64,000 nucleotides of DNA from positions 2,053,544-2,117,543 of the forward strand of contig NW_003314269.1 of NCBI RefSeq assembly GCF_000143415.4. Reading direction: 5' to 3'. A program made the translations under genes and the position numbers. This DNA comes from Selaginella moellendorffii (lineage: Eukaryota; Plantae; Lycopodiophyta). The notes beneath the pieces were generated by a model. The model saw nothing but the letters and a program-made list of their open reading frames with translations. It was not told the DNA's origin and made no database searches. Numbering within the stretch: position 1 is the stretch's first letter; each line of letters opens with the position of its first letter. Below, piece by piece: positions 24,858-37,025 of the stretch.

Positions 24858-27276
24858 ACATGCATTTTGACCGCTTCAGCTTTAAACTAACTTCCCATAG
24901 CCGATCTAACACTTTATGAACATTTCCCATATCCCCTTCGAGTGGATTAAAACATCATTGATAAAGTTAGTAATCACCTTCAGCATATTGCAAAGAACCT
25001 CATCCATCATCCACTGGAAAGTCACTAGAGCATTATTCAAACCAAACGGCATCACCAAGAACTCGTACAAACTATATAGTGTATGAAAAACAATCTTAGA
25101 AATATCTTCTTTGGCTATCGGTACTTGCTAGTATCCAGAAGCAAGATCTAGCTTGGTGAACTAACAACTTCTCCTCAAACAATCCAAAAGATTAGCAGTG
25201 TGAAGAAGAGGGTACACATCTGAAATTGTCACTTCGTTTAACAAATGATAGTCAATGCAAAAAAAAAAATACTCCCATCAAGCTTCATCACAAGATGAGG
25301 TTCATATGCCCAAGGATTCCATGATTTTTAAAGAACACCTTTTTCCAACATCTTCTTGACTTTTGTACGTAAAATCTTGATCTTTTTGGTGACCAACAAC
25401 AAATAGAAACTTTGATTGAACTAGCATCCCCAATTGGAATCGAATGGTATATGGCAATCTTGGCCTTAAATGATAAGTCAAATTCAAAGAGATTGGCATA
25501 CTCTTTCATAAGCTGGTCAACTGATGCAACATAAATATCATCAGAGAGATCATAAAAGGGAAGAGCGAAATAAGATAAAAAACATAAGAGGAAGTAATGG
25601 GGAGACAAAAGTAATGGAAACAGAGGCAAGAAAAGGTAAAAGCAAAAGGATGAAAAGGTATGAAAGTGAGAGGAATGGATAAAATATAAGGAAGTATAAG
25701 ACAAAACTCAACTCGACACCACCCACAATGACTACAACTCAAGCTCAAGATTACCCACATGCACAACTAGGTCTACTTCATCCCGTGCACATGCATATGT
25801 ATAGTAGTTGCCATAAAGAATGAAAACTGGCTTTGCTACAAAATGCAAATGTAGACAGCAATGTATGACAATAGGTTGAGCAATAGAAGATAAACTCAAA
25901 CCTATATCAGCTAATACAAAGTAAATAATAAAAAACCTCTTGATATAAAAATGAGCTTAGAAAGTAAACATTGGATGAACTGGTGCCGAATGATACTCCC
26001 AAAAGAAATATGAAAGGGTTATTGACTTATTTATGCAAGATCCCTCTGTTACTCACATAACTCCTCGTTTCTCATATGCATCTCGGTGTCTAGACCTTCC
26101 ACTGCAGCAACACCAATAGGACATTGTTGATGCCAAGGTCTTCATGCAGGAAATGGAGGCCACCAATCCGAAAAATGCTGACAACACTAATAAGTGTGAG
26201 CAACTTTATCACACGCCCAGCAACAAACATTATGGCCATGACCACATCCTTGCCCTTGTCTTTGAACTCGAGCAGCAATAACATCAACTTCCATTAAAAC
26301 AAGACCATCTCCCATAGAAAGTGGAGTTGAAGGACGTGCAACAAAAAGTGGAAGAGGCAATGTCTCATAACGTTATGCCAAGCGAAGGGCATCATCAAGG
26401 ATGGCTAGAGCAAGTGTATGTATAAGGTCTATAAGATCTTGATGAAATGCTGATCACAACATTCCCAGCTTTATCCGCTCTGACATATTTAGCTCCGCAC
26501 GAAGCAAAAGGCTTCAAAAACAAATGCCAAATTGCGTTACTGACTCAAATAGCCCTTGATAAAAATGATGCAATTGTTGGAAGGCATCATTACGATCGTC
26601 GGCATGTCTGAATGCGTGTTTAAAAATATCCAAGAAAATACTCTAATCCTCACAATTAGTTGCACTCAAACCATTGTACCACTGTAGTGTTGTCCCTTTG
26701 AGACACATGAGAAACACACACAAATATTGAGCATCATCCCAAGAATGATATATAGCAATTACCGTGAAGTGATCAAACCAATAGTGCAGATCATCCTTAA
26801 GATTCCCACAAAAGAACTTTAGCCGAATGCGAGGATTGATACCAAGAGCAGGATGAGTTGTACCACATGTCATGAATGTTGCCATCAACTGAGTTTGGTT
26901 GTTCAATTGCAATCGCATAGCATTGAGCAATTACACCAATTACTGCTCCAAAGTCATAGAAGGAGACTACTACTCTGCCATAAAGATGAATGAAAAGGAA
27001 AGAGCAAAAAAAAAAAAAAAAAAAAACTAAAAGGAAAGGGAGATCTAGATAATGCAAAAGTTAGATCAAAACCAAAATCCCAAATCCAAGCATTCTTTAT
27101 GGACAATCAAAAATGCCTTTCATCTCCACCAATGTGAGTGCATGGAATATAGAAATGAAATATAAAATATATGCATATTAATTAACCCTTGATTTATATA
27201 TAGGAGTGAAATCAATTCAATGGCCACTACGCTAATATTAATATACGGCATCATAGCCATACATTTGGACCTCATA

Positions 27277-27430
27277 TATTTAATATTCTATGTAGTCATA
27301 TTAAGATATACAATCAGATATTTGATTTTGTACTTTAAAATACTTAAAAATAATTAAAATAATATACTAGAACAATCTTTAATTTATATTAATGAGGTAT
27401 AAGCAAATGACCCTAAATAAAAAAGGGTGC
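27277..27430 (+). mobile_element. Merlin transposon remnant, 3' part
   Basis: Removing the gypsy element and one 4-bp TSD copy rejoins ...KRKETT-FNILCSHIK in frame with the 5' part. Confidence 0.6.
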
Positions 27431-27439
27431 TATATTGTG

Positions 27440-29665
27440 CATTCTGGGTGCACTATCTTTGGACCAGATGGTGATCCAGTGGCTGATGGCATCTGGTATG
27501 ACACTCTACTGCCTTAATACAGAATCAGTGTTTCCTTCAGCTTCCGAGAGGCAGCTTCTTGTCTTTTGTGACCCTTCACCTATCTGTCTTTGGCGCGCTC
27601 GGCTTGGGCATGTCAACAAGCAGGAACCTTATTGCTCGCCCGCAATTTTGTTGAAGGCTTCACTCTTCCCTTTGGACGACTCGGGATTTGTGACGCATGC
27701 AAACTGGGGAATTTCCTTGATGATCACAAGACGATGGTGCTTCAAGGAAATTGGATCTCATTCACAGTGACATTTGCTATCTACCAGTGGACCTTGGAGC
27801 CATTAGAGGTATTTTGTATCTTTTATTGACAATTCTACTCGTTACATTGTGGTGGTGCTTCTTGCTGAAGTGTTGACACACTTCAAAGCCTACAAGACCT
27901 GGGCACAGACTGCCATATGCAAGAAGATAAGGTATATTGCACAGATGGTGGAGGGGAATTCATCTCCAATGAATTCCACCAGTTTCTCCAAGATGCTGGT
28001 ATTCTCTATCAATACTCTACTACTTAAAGCTCTCAGAAAAATCGCGTTGCTGAAAGCGCCAACAGAACTCTTGTAGAGAGCATATGCTGTATGCTGCAAC
28101 ACTCTAGACTTCCTCACGCGTTTTGGGGGAGAAGCGCTCAATACAGCCGTGTATCTCTGCAACCGGCTTTATGAAGTGCCAAACTACCCATATTCCTTAT
28201 GCACGCAAGAAGAAACTCGATCCCAAGAGCGAGAAATGTTTCTTCTTGGGGCACCATGACCAGATGAAGGCCTACAGGCTTCACACCTTTGATCCTCCTC
28301 TCCCGTTAGCAACCAGTGGACTACAACACGCTCTAAACAAACGATCGAGCTCTCTATCAAAGCTCAAGAAGCAAAAGCCACGGCTCCAACTCGCACTACT
28401 CGTCGTGGTCCTTTCTACTGGGCCATGCATGCTGTGCTTGACACTCCACAATATTGAGGCAGAAGCTTGGCAGCAGGCAATGCAAGAGGAGTATGATTCA
28501 CCCCAGAAGAATCAGACCTGGATACTAGTTCCTCTTCCTTCAAGTCGCAAGCTTGTTTCAGCCAAGTGGCTGTTTAAACGCAAGTAAAAAGTTGATGGCA
28601 CAGTGGAACGTTACAAAGCACGCTTTGTAGCTAACGGTTTCTCTCAAGTTCATAATACCGAAACATATAGTCCAGTGGTAAAACTCACTATCATTCGTTT
28701 GCTCTTAACCTTGGCTATAGAGCTAAACCTAGAGCTTCATCAGCTCGACATGAGAACCACGTTCGTCAATAGCGACCTCCAAGAAGATGTCTACGTCGCT
28801 CAACCTCCACGCTTTGCGTGCACTGGCCAAGAGCATCGCCTCGCATGCAGTACAACAAAATCAATTATTTCACTTGGCTTCGTGTGTAGCACAGCAGACA
28901 CAAATCTCTACATATACAAGCAGGGCTGTGGCTTTCTTTCCTAGATGTTACCATACTCGCCTCCAACCAGCTTCGTCTTCTCAACCAGATCAAGAAGTCT
29001 CTCTTCTCACGACTGATCTGGGACACTACTGTTTGGGCATCGAAGTTTGTAGAGACACGCGGGATTCTGGAAGTACATAACAGATGTCCACTCCAGATGC
29101 TCCAGCGAGATTGTCGGGAGTTTAATCTATCTGGTGGTTTCAAGATGACCTAATCTTGCTTTTCATTTCTTTGTGGGCAGACCATCCAACACCAGATTTC
29201 TGGGCAACGACTAAGTGGATCATGCGGTTGGAACTAGAAACTTATCTCTGCGATATTCCAGAGGCGAGAGCTCAACAAGCTCCGGGTATACTGATGCAGA
29301 CTGGGGAGGAGATGCTAATGACCGACATTCTACATCCAGCTACGTGTTTCTCTTCGCTGGCAAAGTGATCAACTGGTGCAGCAAGAGGCAATCAATCACA
29401 GCCATGTCCAGCACAGAGGCAGAGAACGTGGCTGCTGCTGCTGCAAAGGAGGTGATACGGCTCCAGGGACATGGGAGTGACATCGCGCTCAGTCAAGCTG
29501 TGGTGTGACAATATGTCCACGATAGCATTCACCAAGAACGCCAAGTTCCACTCAAGGACAAAACACATGGAGATGCACTTTCACTTCGAACATCCGGGAA
29601 CAGGTTCAGAAAAAGCATAATTCTCCTGGAGTTTTGCCCAACAGCCTCGATGGTGGTGGCTGGCT
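27440..29665 (+). mobile_element. Heavily deleted Ty1/copia pol remnant
   Basis: LWRARLGHVN, KKLDPKSEKCFFLG, WQQAMQEEY..NQTWILVPLP..KWLFKRK, RYKARFVANGFSQ, GYTDADWGG..STSSYVF..WCSKRQS..SSTEAE and HSRTKH. Truncated directly at the XPG fragment. Confidence 0.9.
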
Positions 29666-31012
29666 ATTTCTTGGTCGTTTTCCGAGATACAAGCCGCCCT
29701 TGTCAAGGAGCATAAGGTCCGGAGACTCTATCCAGTCTCTAAGCTTTTGCAGCCCATCCTCTCCAGGAAAGGCATTCACAACCTCGATAGTATTCACAAT
29801 TCCTATACCACTGAAACAGAGAAATGTTGACGCAAGAGAAAAACTACTTGACGGATTGATATTACCTTATTCCTTGGGTATAATCACTGCCATGTAGCAT
29901 GGCCATCCGTATCAACTTATCTTGATTCAAACCGAGATCAGACTCCGCATCCTATAAAAGTAAACGAGTCACAAAAATAAGTAAATGGACAGCTTAGTAA
30001 GTTTCGACGTATTTGTGGCCATTGAATATGTTTTGGTAGACACCTCCAAAAAGAAACACGTCCGAATCATCAGTAATCACACCATCGACGAGATCTTCTG
30101 CATCCATGAAGGCACATTGTGCTTCAGCTTCCATGGGTGCTACCACATACAGGATCCCAAACAGTTGGAAGTAGTTCCTACGTAATAGTTCCCATATGAA
30201 ACAAGCTACCTGGCACTCGGCAAACATTTCATTTGTAACCGTCTCTGCATTACGTTCGTTTCTCTTTTTCTCTGCTCGAAGCTCCGCTTCTTCTTGTAGC
30301 AAGTTTTCCCTTTCCTCGTTGATCCGTTGCTGAGCAGCTCTGTCCTCAGCATCGAGAAACCGTTCTTCATCCTCTGTTATCGTCGTTGCCTTCCTGCTTC
30401 GATCCAAATCATGGACTCATTAGCTTGTTTTTCAATTGTGTGGTCGAGCACTGCCTTTCCTTTACGTGAGTGCTCAGATTCTTCTTTGTCCTGAACTGCG
30501 CCATGCTTCACAGAGTCTGGCTCTTGTATGGTAAGAGGCTTAAAAGCTTTCTGAAGGCCAAAGTCCACTAGCCTTCGACGGATTGCTTCTTTCAATCTGA
30601 GCGCATACTCCATGTTCAATGTTCAACGTTCCATAATTTCATAACACCAGTCGTTTTCAAAGCAGAATCTCCAATACCGATCATCTTACACTGTTTCCGA
30701 GCATCAGGTTCACTGACTGACACCACCGCGTGACCGTCGTCTTCCCAGTCGATTTCTTCGTCCTCTTGACCACGAGCCAAAGTTTGAAACGTCTCATCAA
30801 CCTCAAGGTTGCCCTCTCTCAGCAATCACGTAATTTCTTTGAAAAGAAGAAAGACTGCCAGATCCTGCTTCATCTTGAGCTTCTCTGGCGGAAGATAAGC
30901 GTGCATCACTTTCGGTGTAAGCGTCCTCCCATTCAATTTCATCCGGCTGGCTTTCCGAAACCAAGCTTGCAAAAAGCTCGTCAGGCTGGAGGCTGCCATT
31001 ATCGACGAACGA
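29666..31012 (-). pseudogene. Partial, deletion-riddled duplicate of UVH3/XPG (equivalent to ~50557-52343)
   Basis: Near-identical blocks to the XPG gene ([28 protein letters not shown]; [16 protein letters not shown]) with introns retained, so it is a DNA-level copy. Internal deletions and frameshifts. Confidence 0.92.
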
Positions 31013-31909
31013 CAGTTGCAAATGTTGCAGTAATACCTGGCCATTCTGAAGTCGGAGCATTCAGGATTGTGACAGGATCCTGCGACTGGTTGCACTTCGA
31101 GGCACTGCATACACACCATTTCCTTCGTTTCATGCCTGCTACTAAAAAACAAGAGACCGCTGAGTATCTGCTTGATAACCGAAACAGCACAAGAGTACCT
31201 GTTCATGGGATGGTCACTCGCTCGGTCATGACAAAACCGGCAAGCGGCCCGATTCTTGAAGTGTGCTCACAACCATATAAACCTCTGACGGGATCATGAT
31301 AGGACAGGTTGCGCCCAGGAATGTCTTCAGACGTATCTGTTTCTTGTAAAGAATGCTGCTGAGCCGCAATCCTGAAAAGGAAAGAAAGTATTAGAAATGG
31401 TGACAATCAGCGGGCAAGCTACATAAAACTTGAGAGGAGGAGCTAACCTGCTCATCAAATTTCATATAAGGTACGTTTTCCTCCGAGGATCCAGGGAACT
31501 GTCACTAAAAACCGTACGGATGGCAGCCTCTAGTTCCTTCTGGTTCATTCTAAAGATGTACTGCCATCTTGGTTTGAACTTTCCGCTTCAAGTTTTTGGG
31601 GTTTGTCCTTCTCGTCACTTCTCATGCAGCAGTCTTGAGCGGCATCGTACTTTGAGCAACTTTTGCAGCTTTCAGATTTAGTATCCGAATCTTTGGCAAA
31701 GTAATCAGCCACCAGTTGCAAGGACTCGCTAGAGCCGGAAGGTGGAGTCGAAGGATCCTTTGTAGCTGGAGGAGACGAGGGAGACGACTTAAGTGAGCTA
31801 TCACTCAAGCATTTGTCAAACATCGTGTTTTGTCTCCAAGACTCAGTAAGCCATGGGATCATTGATTGCAAGACCTCTGCACCTGTAGTCCCAACTATTG
31901 TACCAACTA
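31013..31909 (-). pseudogene. Partial duplicate of the BRUTUS-like gene (end of hemerythrin region to CHY zinc finger)
   Basis: 31751-31909 matches 1-216 with deletions. Also contains FRMNQKELEAAIR..LDPRRK, IAAQQ..YGCEH and EMVCMQCLEVQPVAGSCHNPECSDFRMARYYCNICN (CHY finger). Confidence 0.9.
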
Positions 31910-31927
31910 ACTGTCCGCGTGTGGGCA

Positions 31928-32168
31928 TGTAGCAGTTCTAAAATGGGCGTAAGCCCGGGCGAGGTGGAGTCCACACCAGGCCAAAGCCCTTACTGTGCTC
32001 AGATCTTGATCGCCCTTGCTCGTTGTGCCATTCCCAAGCCAATCCTCCACCTAGCCCTAGCTTCTGCCACGTCCTTTATCGCTGCCCTATTGCATCCCAA
32101 GAAGTCCCCGCTAATCCTCTGTAACAAACTCCTCCCCGCCACGTCAGATCTCCCTGCCGAGTCATAAG
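31928..32168. mobile_element. ~240-bp insertion in the duplicated TraB promoter, possibly an LTR fragment
   Basis: Absent between the matching anchors in copy 1 (3206-3245). Starts with tgtagc. No TSD recognised. Confidence 0.4.
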
Positions 32169-32224
32169 TCGGCCACGACCGTCCGTACGACTTACGTGGG
32201 ACAGGTCATTGTAGGGTTTCTGCG

Positions 32225-33655
32225 ATGATCACAGGGTTCTAGCGCCAAGAAGCAGGGCGCTATCGGGGATTCCACTCCGCGCATTGTCGAAATCGTGCTC
32301 GGGTCCGCCGGATGATTTCAGCTACAGGGAAGCGGTGTCGATGGACACTGACGAGATCGTGGCGACGCGATGGCCTCAGCTGATTGATATTGTGCGCGAG
32401 AGATCACTCGTGGCGGTGAGGAACGTGAATGCGGGTGAAAATGATGAGCCGGAGCTGGTGATTCTCGTCGGGACTGCTCATGTGTCCCAGGTTTCGGCGC
32501 AACAGGTCGAGCGCGCGATCAAGACAATCCGTCCCGATAATGTCGTTGTGGAGCTCTGCAAAAGCAGGTAAGCATGTAGCACTCTATCTCTAGTAAACAA
32601 TGGGTGAGGATTTTGGATGCCGCAGGATTGGAATTATGTATTTGGATCCGTCAATGGCGAATTCCACCGCGAATTTCTTATCGTTGACAGGCACGGATCG
32701 CAATGCAGCTTTGGCTCGTAGTTTTAATCTCGGTAATCTATCTTTTATTTAAAATATAGCTTCCATTCGATTTCATTTTTTTTTTTCTCAGGTGGGAGAT
32801 CAGCATTTTTTCTGAGATTGCTGCTTGCCAGTGTTTCAGAAAAGATTTCTAAGTCTGCGGCTGTGCCAGTTGGCGAAGAGGTAAGACAGTTCATTGACGT
32901 AAAAGCTGGATATTCATGGCGATTGCTGCTTACAGTTCAGGGCTGCAAGAAGAGCAGCGAAAGAAGTTGAAGCTCAGCTTGTTTTGGGTGATCGGCCTAT
33001 TGAAATCACTGTAAGTGTAGTTTTGCCGGGAGCTGCTTGTTAATGTTTTGTGTAGTTTCTGTAGTTGAATCGGGCATGGCGCGCTTTGACGTGGAAGGAG
33101 CGTCTGCGTCTTGCTAACACGTTCTTGCAGACTTTCCTGTTTGCCAATGTTGACGCATCAGAAGCAGCGTTGCAGGTGAATTTGTTTTTTGGATTATAAT
33201 TTACTGTTTCTGACTTTGTTAATGCAGTCGATGAAGTCCGACGATGTGATTTCAAGCATGTATTCATTTATGAGCTCTCAGTTTCCTTCTCTATTAAGAC
33301 ACCTCGTTTGGGAGCGCGATCTGGTGCGCTTTCTTTTAGAATAGTCACTTTCCTTTGATGTAATCGTTTGACACTTAGCTTTGTTGTACAGTATATGGCG
33401 TGGTCTTTGAAGCGCAGCAAAGCAGTTACGGGCTGCAAGACTGTGGTTGGAGTTATTGGAAGGGGTCATCTCTCCGGAGTAGTTTACGCTCTCCTTCACA
33501 GTCAGGAACACTTGAGTTTCCGGGACCTGGTCGGTAAAACTGAAGACTCGATAGCAGATCCCTTCAGAATTTACAGAGGCATTATTGCCGAAGGCATACT
33601 TGGGCTTCTTCTATGGTTGCTCTACAGCTACATTAGCGCGAACTTGGCTGCGTAG
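32225..33655 (+). pseudogene. TraB-domain gene, copy 2, with frameshifted N-terminus
   Basis: Body is nearly identical to copy 1, but the start reads ATG ATC ACA GGG TTC TAG (stop at 32240) after a net 13-nt deletion. An in-frame ATG at 32341 could still give a protein lacking the targeting peptide. Confidence 0.75.
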
Positions 33656-33690
33656 TCCACCAAATGTTCCTCGGTCAGGCTGTTAGCTAT

Positions 33691-36600
33691 TTACAGCACG
33701 GGCTGGGAAAGTACTCTCTTGACATGGTTGGAGAGTTTGGCCTGTACTTTATTGGTACCTGGAAAGACGTTCATAATTCTGGCCGCATTGAGAAAGAGCT
33801 GCTTGCAAGCTTGTGGCAGCGCGCCGGGCTGCAGAGTCTCGTACAGAAGCTTCTGCATGTTCTTGTTCGCAAGTGCTTGGACCTCACTTAGTGCTTCACT
33901 TTTAGTTAATTGAGGATTCTCTTCAAGGTAGATGGTGATACTGTTGAGGCTTGAATCCACCTGGAAAAGCTCGAATGGTGGTAAGGGATTTCCTATTTCG
34001 TCTATTTCTTCGGGTTTACCTTGTCCGTGTGTGTATCTTGTACCAGGCGTGAAGCAGTGTTCATCATTTGGCAAATGGCCGAGTCTTTTATGTCTCCGGT
34101 GGTGGCGAGCGTTTCGCCGACGAAGTACATAGTGCTCCGGACAGCAGGCTCGATGCTTGAATGTGAGGCCTTTAGATATTCCTCCAAAGTTGGATTGTTG
34201 TCTGACATTTTCCACTTGGTTCTCTGCAGTAGGCTCGATAGCCACGTTTTCCACTGCCAAAGCAAATATCGATCAGATTTATCAACGCTTCTCACCGAAA
34301 ACACTTACGATTTCTCGCAGCGCTCCTCCTATACTCCGGCCTTGGTACAAGAAGCCCTGCTTGCTATGGTTTTGAACGATGTTATAGAGCTCGACGAACA
34401 GTATTTTCACTTCGGCCGAGCAGTTTCCAAGCGAGTTCACGTTCCACCTGTGCATCAGCTGTCAGAGCTCGAGTGGCATTGAATTTGTGGCGTGAATTAC
34501 CTCTCGACATTGTTTATGAGATCCTCAAGTTCTTTGGTGGACCCTTGGTGGTCAAAGTATTCATTAATACCGAGTGATATGAACCAGCATTGCGACCATA
34601 TAAGCCTTGCTGGTGAGAGCTCCGGCTCGAAGATGGTTGCAGCAGCTGAATAGAACGTTTGCTCCAGTTTGCTGCGGGAGAATCCTTTGAACATTGACAG
34701 GCTGCTCTCGTCGTACCACCTGTGATGGATTCGGGTGAGTATGTCTTGTTTACATATATACTTTCATCACCTTTCAAGTTGCTGAAATTCTTTTCTGTGC
34801 AGAGCCCGACACATGTTGAAGTCTGCCTTCGCGAGCTCTAGGAAAATTGGATTGTTGACGAAGGGCATTCTGTATCAGATACAGGAGTTAGCTGGCAGCG
34901 TTGATTTCCGTGAAAGGATTCTCACCTGTAGAGGCTCTTCCCGATCCAGACATCGTCAGCCGCGTACTGATCGATATATCTTCTTGTTGCCAGTCTTTCT
35001 AATCTAGCATGCATTGGGTTGTCGAGCGCAAACTCGACCTGTAAAGTGTTCACAGGTCAGTTTTGTTTTGTGACATGCTATAGCTCATACCTCTCCTGGC
35101 AGATCTTTAGAGATAATCCACTTGTCGTACAGCTGATTCTCCTGGCGTTTTCCTTCGAGAAACTTTCTGGCAAATGAGCCTGCTTCTTCCAGGATTGTTT
35201 CGCCAGGAAACATCACTTGAGAAGCCCGGTACAAGTTGTACATTCCTGTCACTGCTTGACCCGCTTGCCCGCTGAAGCAGACGAAGGAATCGCCCTCTTG
35301 GAAGGTTTTAAAGGCGTCTGTGTTGTACGATATGATAAGTGATGAAAGAAGCGGGTATGACTTGGAGAGTACCTGGTGATATGTCGTATCCGTGACTTCG
35401 CAAGAGCCGGAAGGCCATGGAAGTATCGTCAGCGTCTTGAACAGGTGAACCTCTGGCCCATGCTATTCCTTTGTCTGTCCAGTATCTGTTACAAGTTCTC
35501 ACGTTGTGTGTTTGTCATAGGTGGTACTACGCATACACACCTGTACACGTAGTCAAGAGCTGATTTAATCTCTTGAGTGAAGTAGCGAGAGATTCCCAGG
35601 CGTTGTAAGCGGTCAACTATCCAGAGATGCTCAAACAGATCCACTGGGTATACATTTGGTACTGTCAAGAAACAAGAGTTTTTACGTCAGGAGTTCTCGG
35701 AGGTAAAGTTTCACCATTCCTTTACCTGCGCAGTTGAATCTCTTGACGAGGTTGTTCAGGTACTGCAGGCATTTCTCGTTTCCCGTATGCATCAGTGCGC
35801 ATGCTGTGGAGGCGGGGCTGAAGAGCAGTGAACCATCTGGTGACTGCAGTTTTATGACCTTGTCCCAGTCTATAGTCTTATGAAGTCCTTCCAACGAATG
35901 CAGGAGAGTGGTCGGATAGTTCTGGACCACATTCATGGGTATTCTGCGTGCGGGTATCACGTCAGTAAAGTTGTCTCGGAACATTTTCTATGTCTAACCT
36001 TTCAAGTTTCTTCTTCCTTTCAGCATAAATTGTTTGGAGCACGGGCTCTCTATAGTCGATGTCAAGCTCGAGTGCCATGGCCTCCTCTATCATTGCCGGA
36101 AACACAATTTCAAATCCTATTGGCATGTGAGTACTGTCCTCCAACTCCATCTTAGGCATAGTTTTTCGAATAAACTCGAGGGCTGAATGAGAATGAGATG
36201 GTTGGTCTTTGTGTTTCTTCTGAAAGTGATTACTTACCTTTGTGAACAATCTTGTCTCCGGTGTTCCAGGTTTTGAGAGCTATTGCACATGCCAGTGCCG
36301 AACAGATGCGATCATACGTAAGAAACAAGTCTCTATCACCCCAGGATCCATCCTCGAGCTGATTGTTCATGATCCAGTTTAGGCACATGGGAAATTGAGG
36401 CTTGTTGCTGCCATCCAAAGCGGGTACTCGTGCCACCCAAGCCGTATCGTAGGCTGACACGGATATCTCCCCGTCGTGCAGAGAGTTCAACATGCTTCTT
36501 ACGGTTTCGACGAGTTCCCACATTCGTCCGCCATCAGTCGCTGGAATTGTCTGCAAACGAAGAAGAATTCCGATCAGGACCTCCGGCCTTACGGGATCTT

Positions 36601-37025
36601 GCAGAACATACTTCTGGGACTTGCCGAGGTGTTGGAAGTTTCCGCCCGGGAGTTTGCACGCGAGATGAAACTGGAGACAGTGTTAAGTTAGCAGCAAGCT
36701 CACAACCGGGTGAGTTAGTTCTCTTTTATACCTGGAACTGATGCGGTCGGCACTGCACGCAGTGAAGGCGTAGTTTTGGAAGCATCATCGCGGCCTGGGA
36801 ACAAAATAAGGATCCACCCGACAAGCAGTTAGCCACAGGAGTCATCACAGGAGTGAGTAGCTTGGTCTCCTTACCTCTCGCTTCTAGTTTCTGTGATACA
36901 ACACCACGACTTACATGCGGCGTCCTGCAGCTGGACCAGAACAAGGAAGAGGAAGAGGAGGAGGAGGCAAGGAAGGCTGCCTTCCATGCAGCTCCAGCAG
37001 CAGCAACAGCAGCTGCTGCTGCCAT
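33691..37025 (-). CDS. CPS: Monofunctional class II diterpene synthase, copy 2; probable ent-copalyl diphosphate synthase
   Basis: DXDD (DADD), LHS (His codon 35898-35900), PNV (35651-35659) and FEHLW motifs are typical of ent-CPS. Class I motifs are degenerate. Native 5' UTR and upstream region are retained. Confidence 0.88.

Larger units (their letters stand above)
14501..27276 (-). mobile_element. Degenerate Ty3/gypsy element with short LTRs (14501-14676 and 27133-27276), containing nested insertions
   Basis: LTR pair tgtgagtg...ggacctca(c/t)a. PBS-like tggtggag lies next to the right LTR and PPT agaggaagggatga next to the left LTR (minus strand). gag ~26100-26900 (LKGTTLQWY), RT ~24860-25450 (KLDLASGY, YEFLVMPFGLNNA), RNase H ~16450-16620. 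Flanks CATT/TATT are a probable decayed TSD. Confidence 0.8.

Noticed and set aside
29666-32168. Helitron or Pack-MULE capture of XPG and BTS fragments
   Set aside because: No termini, TIRs or TSD found; the colinear order is more simply explained by tandem duplication plus deletions.
36726-36870. Apparent frameshift in exon 1 of diTPS copy 2 relative to copy 1
   Set aside because: The indel lies inside an intron (gtaagg...gctaac...cccag). After splicing, both copies are in frame.
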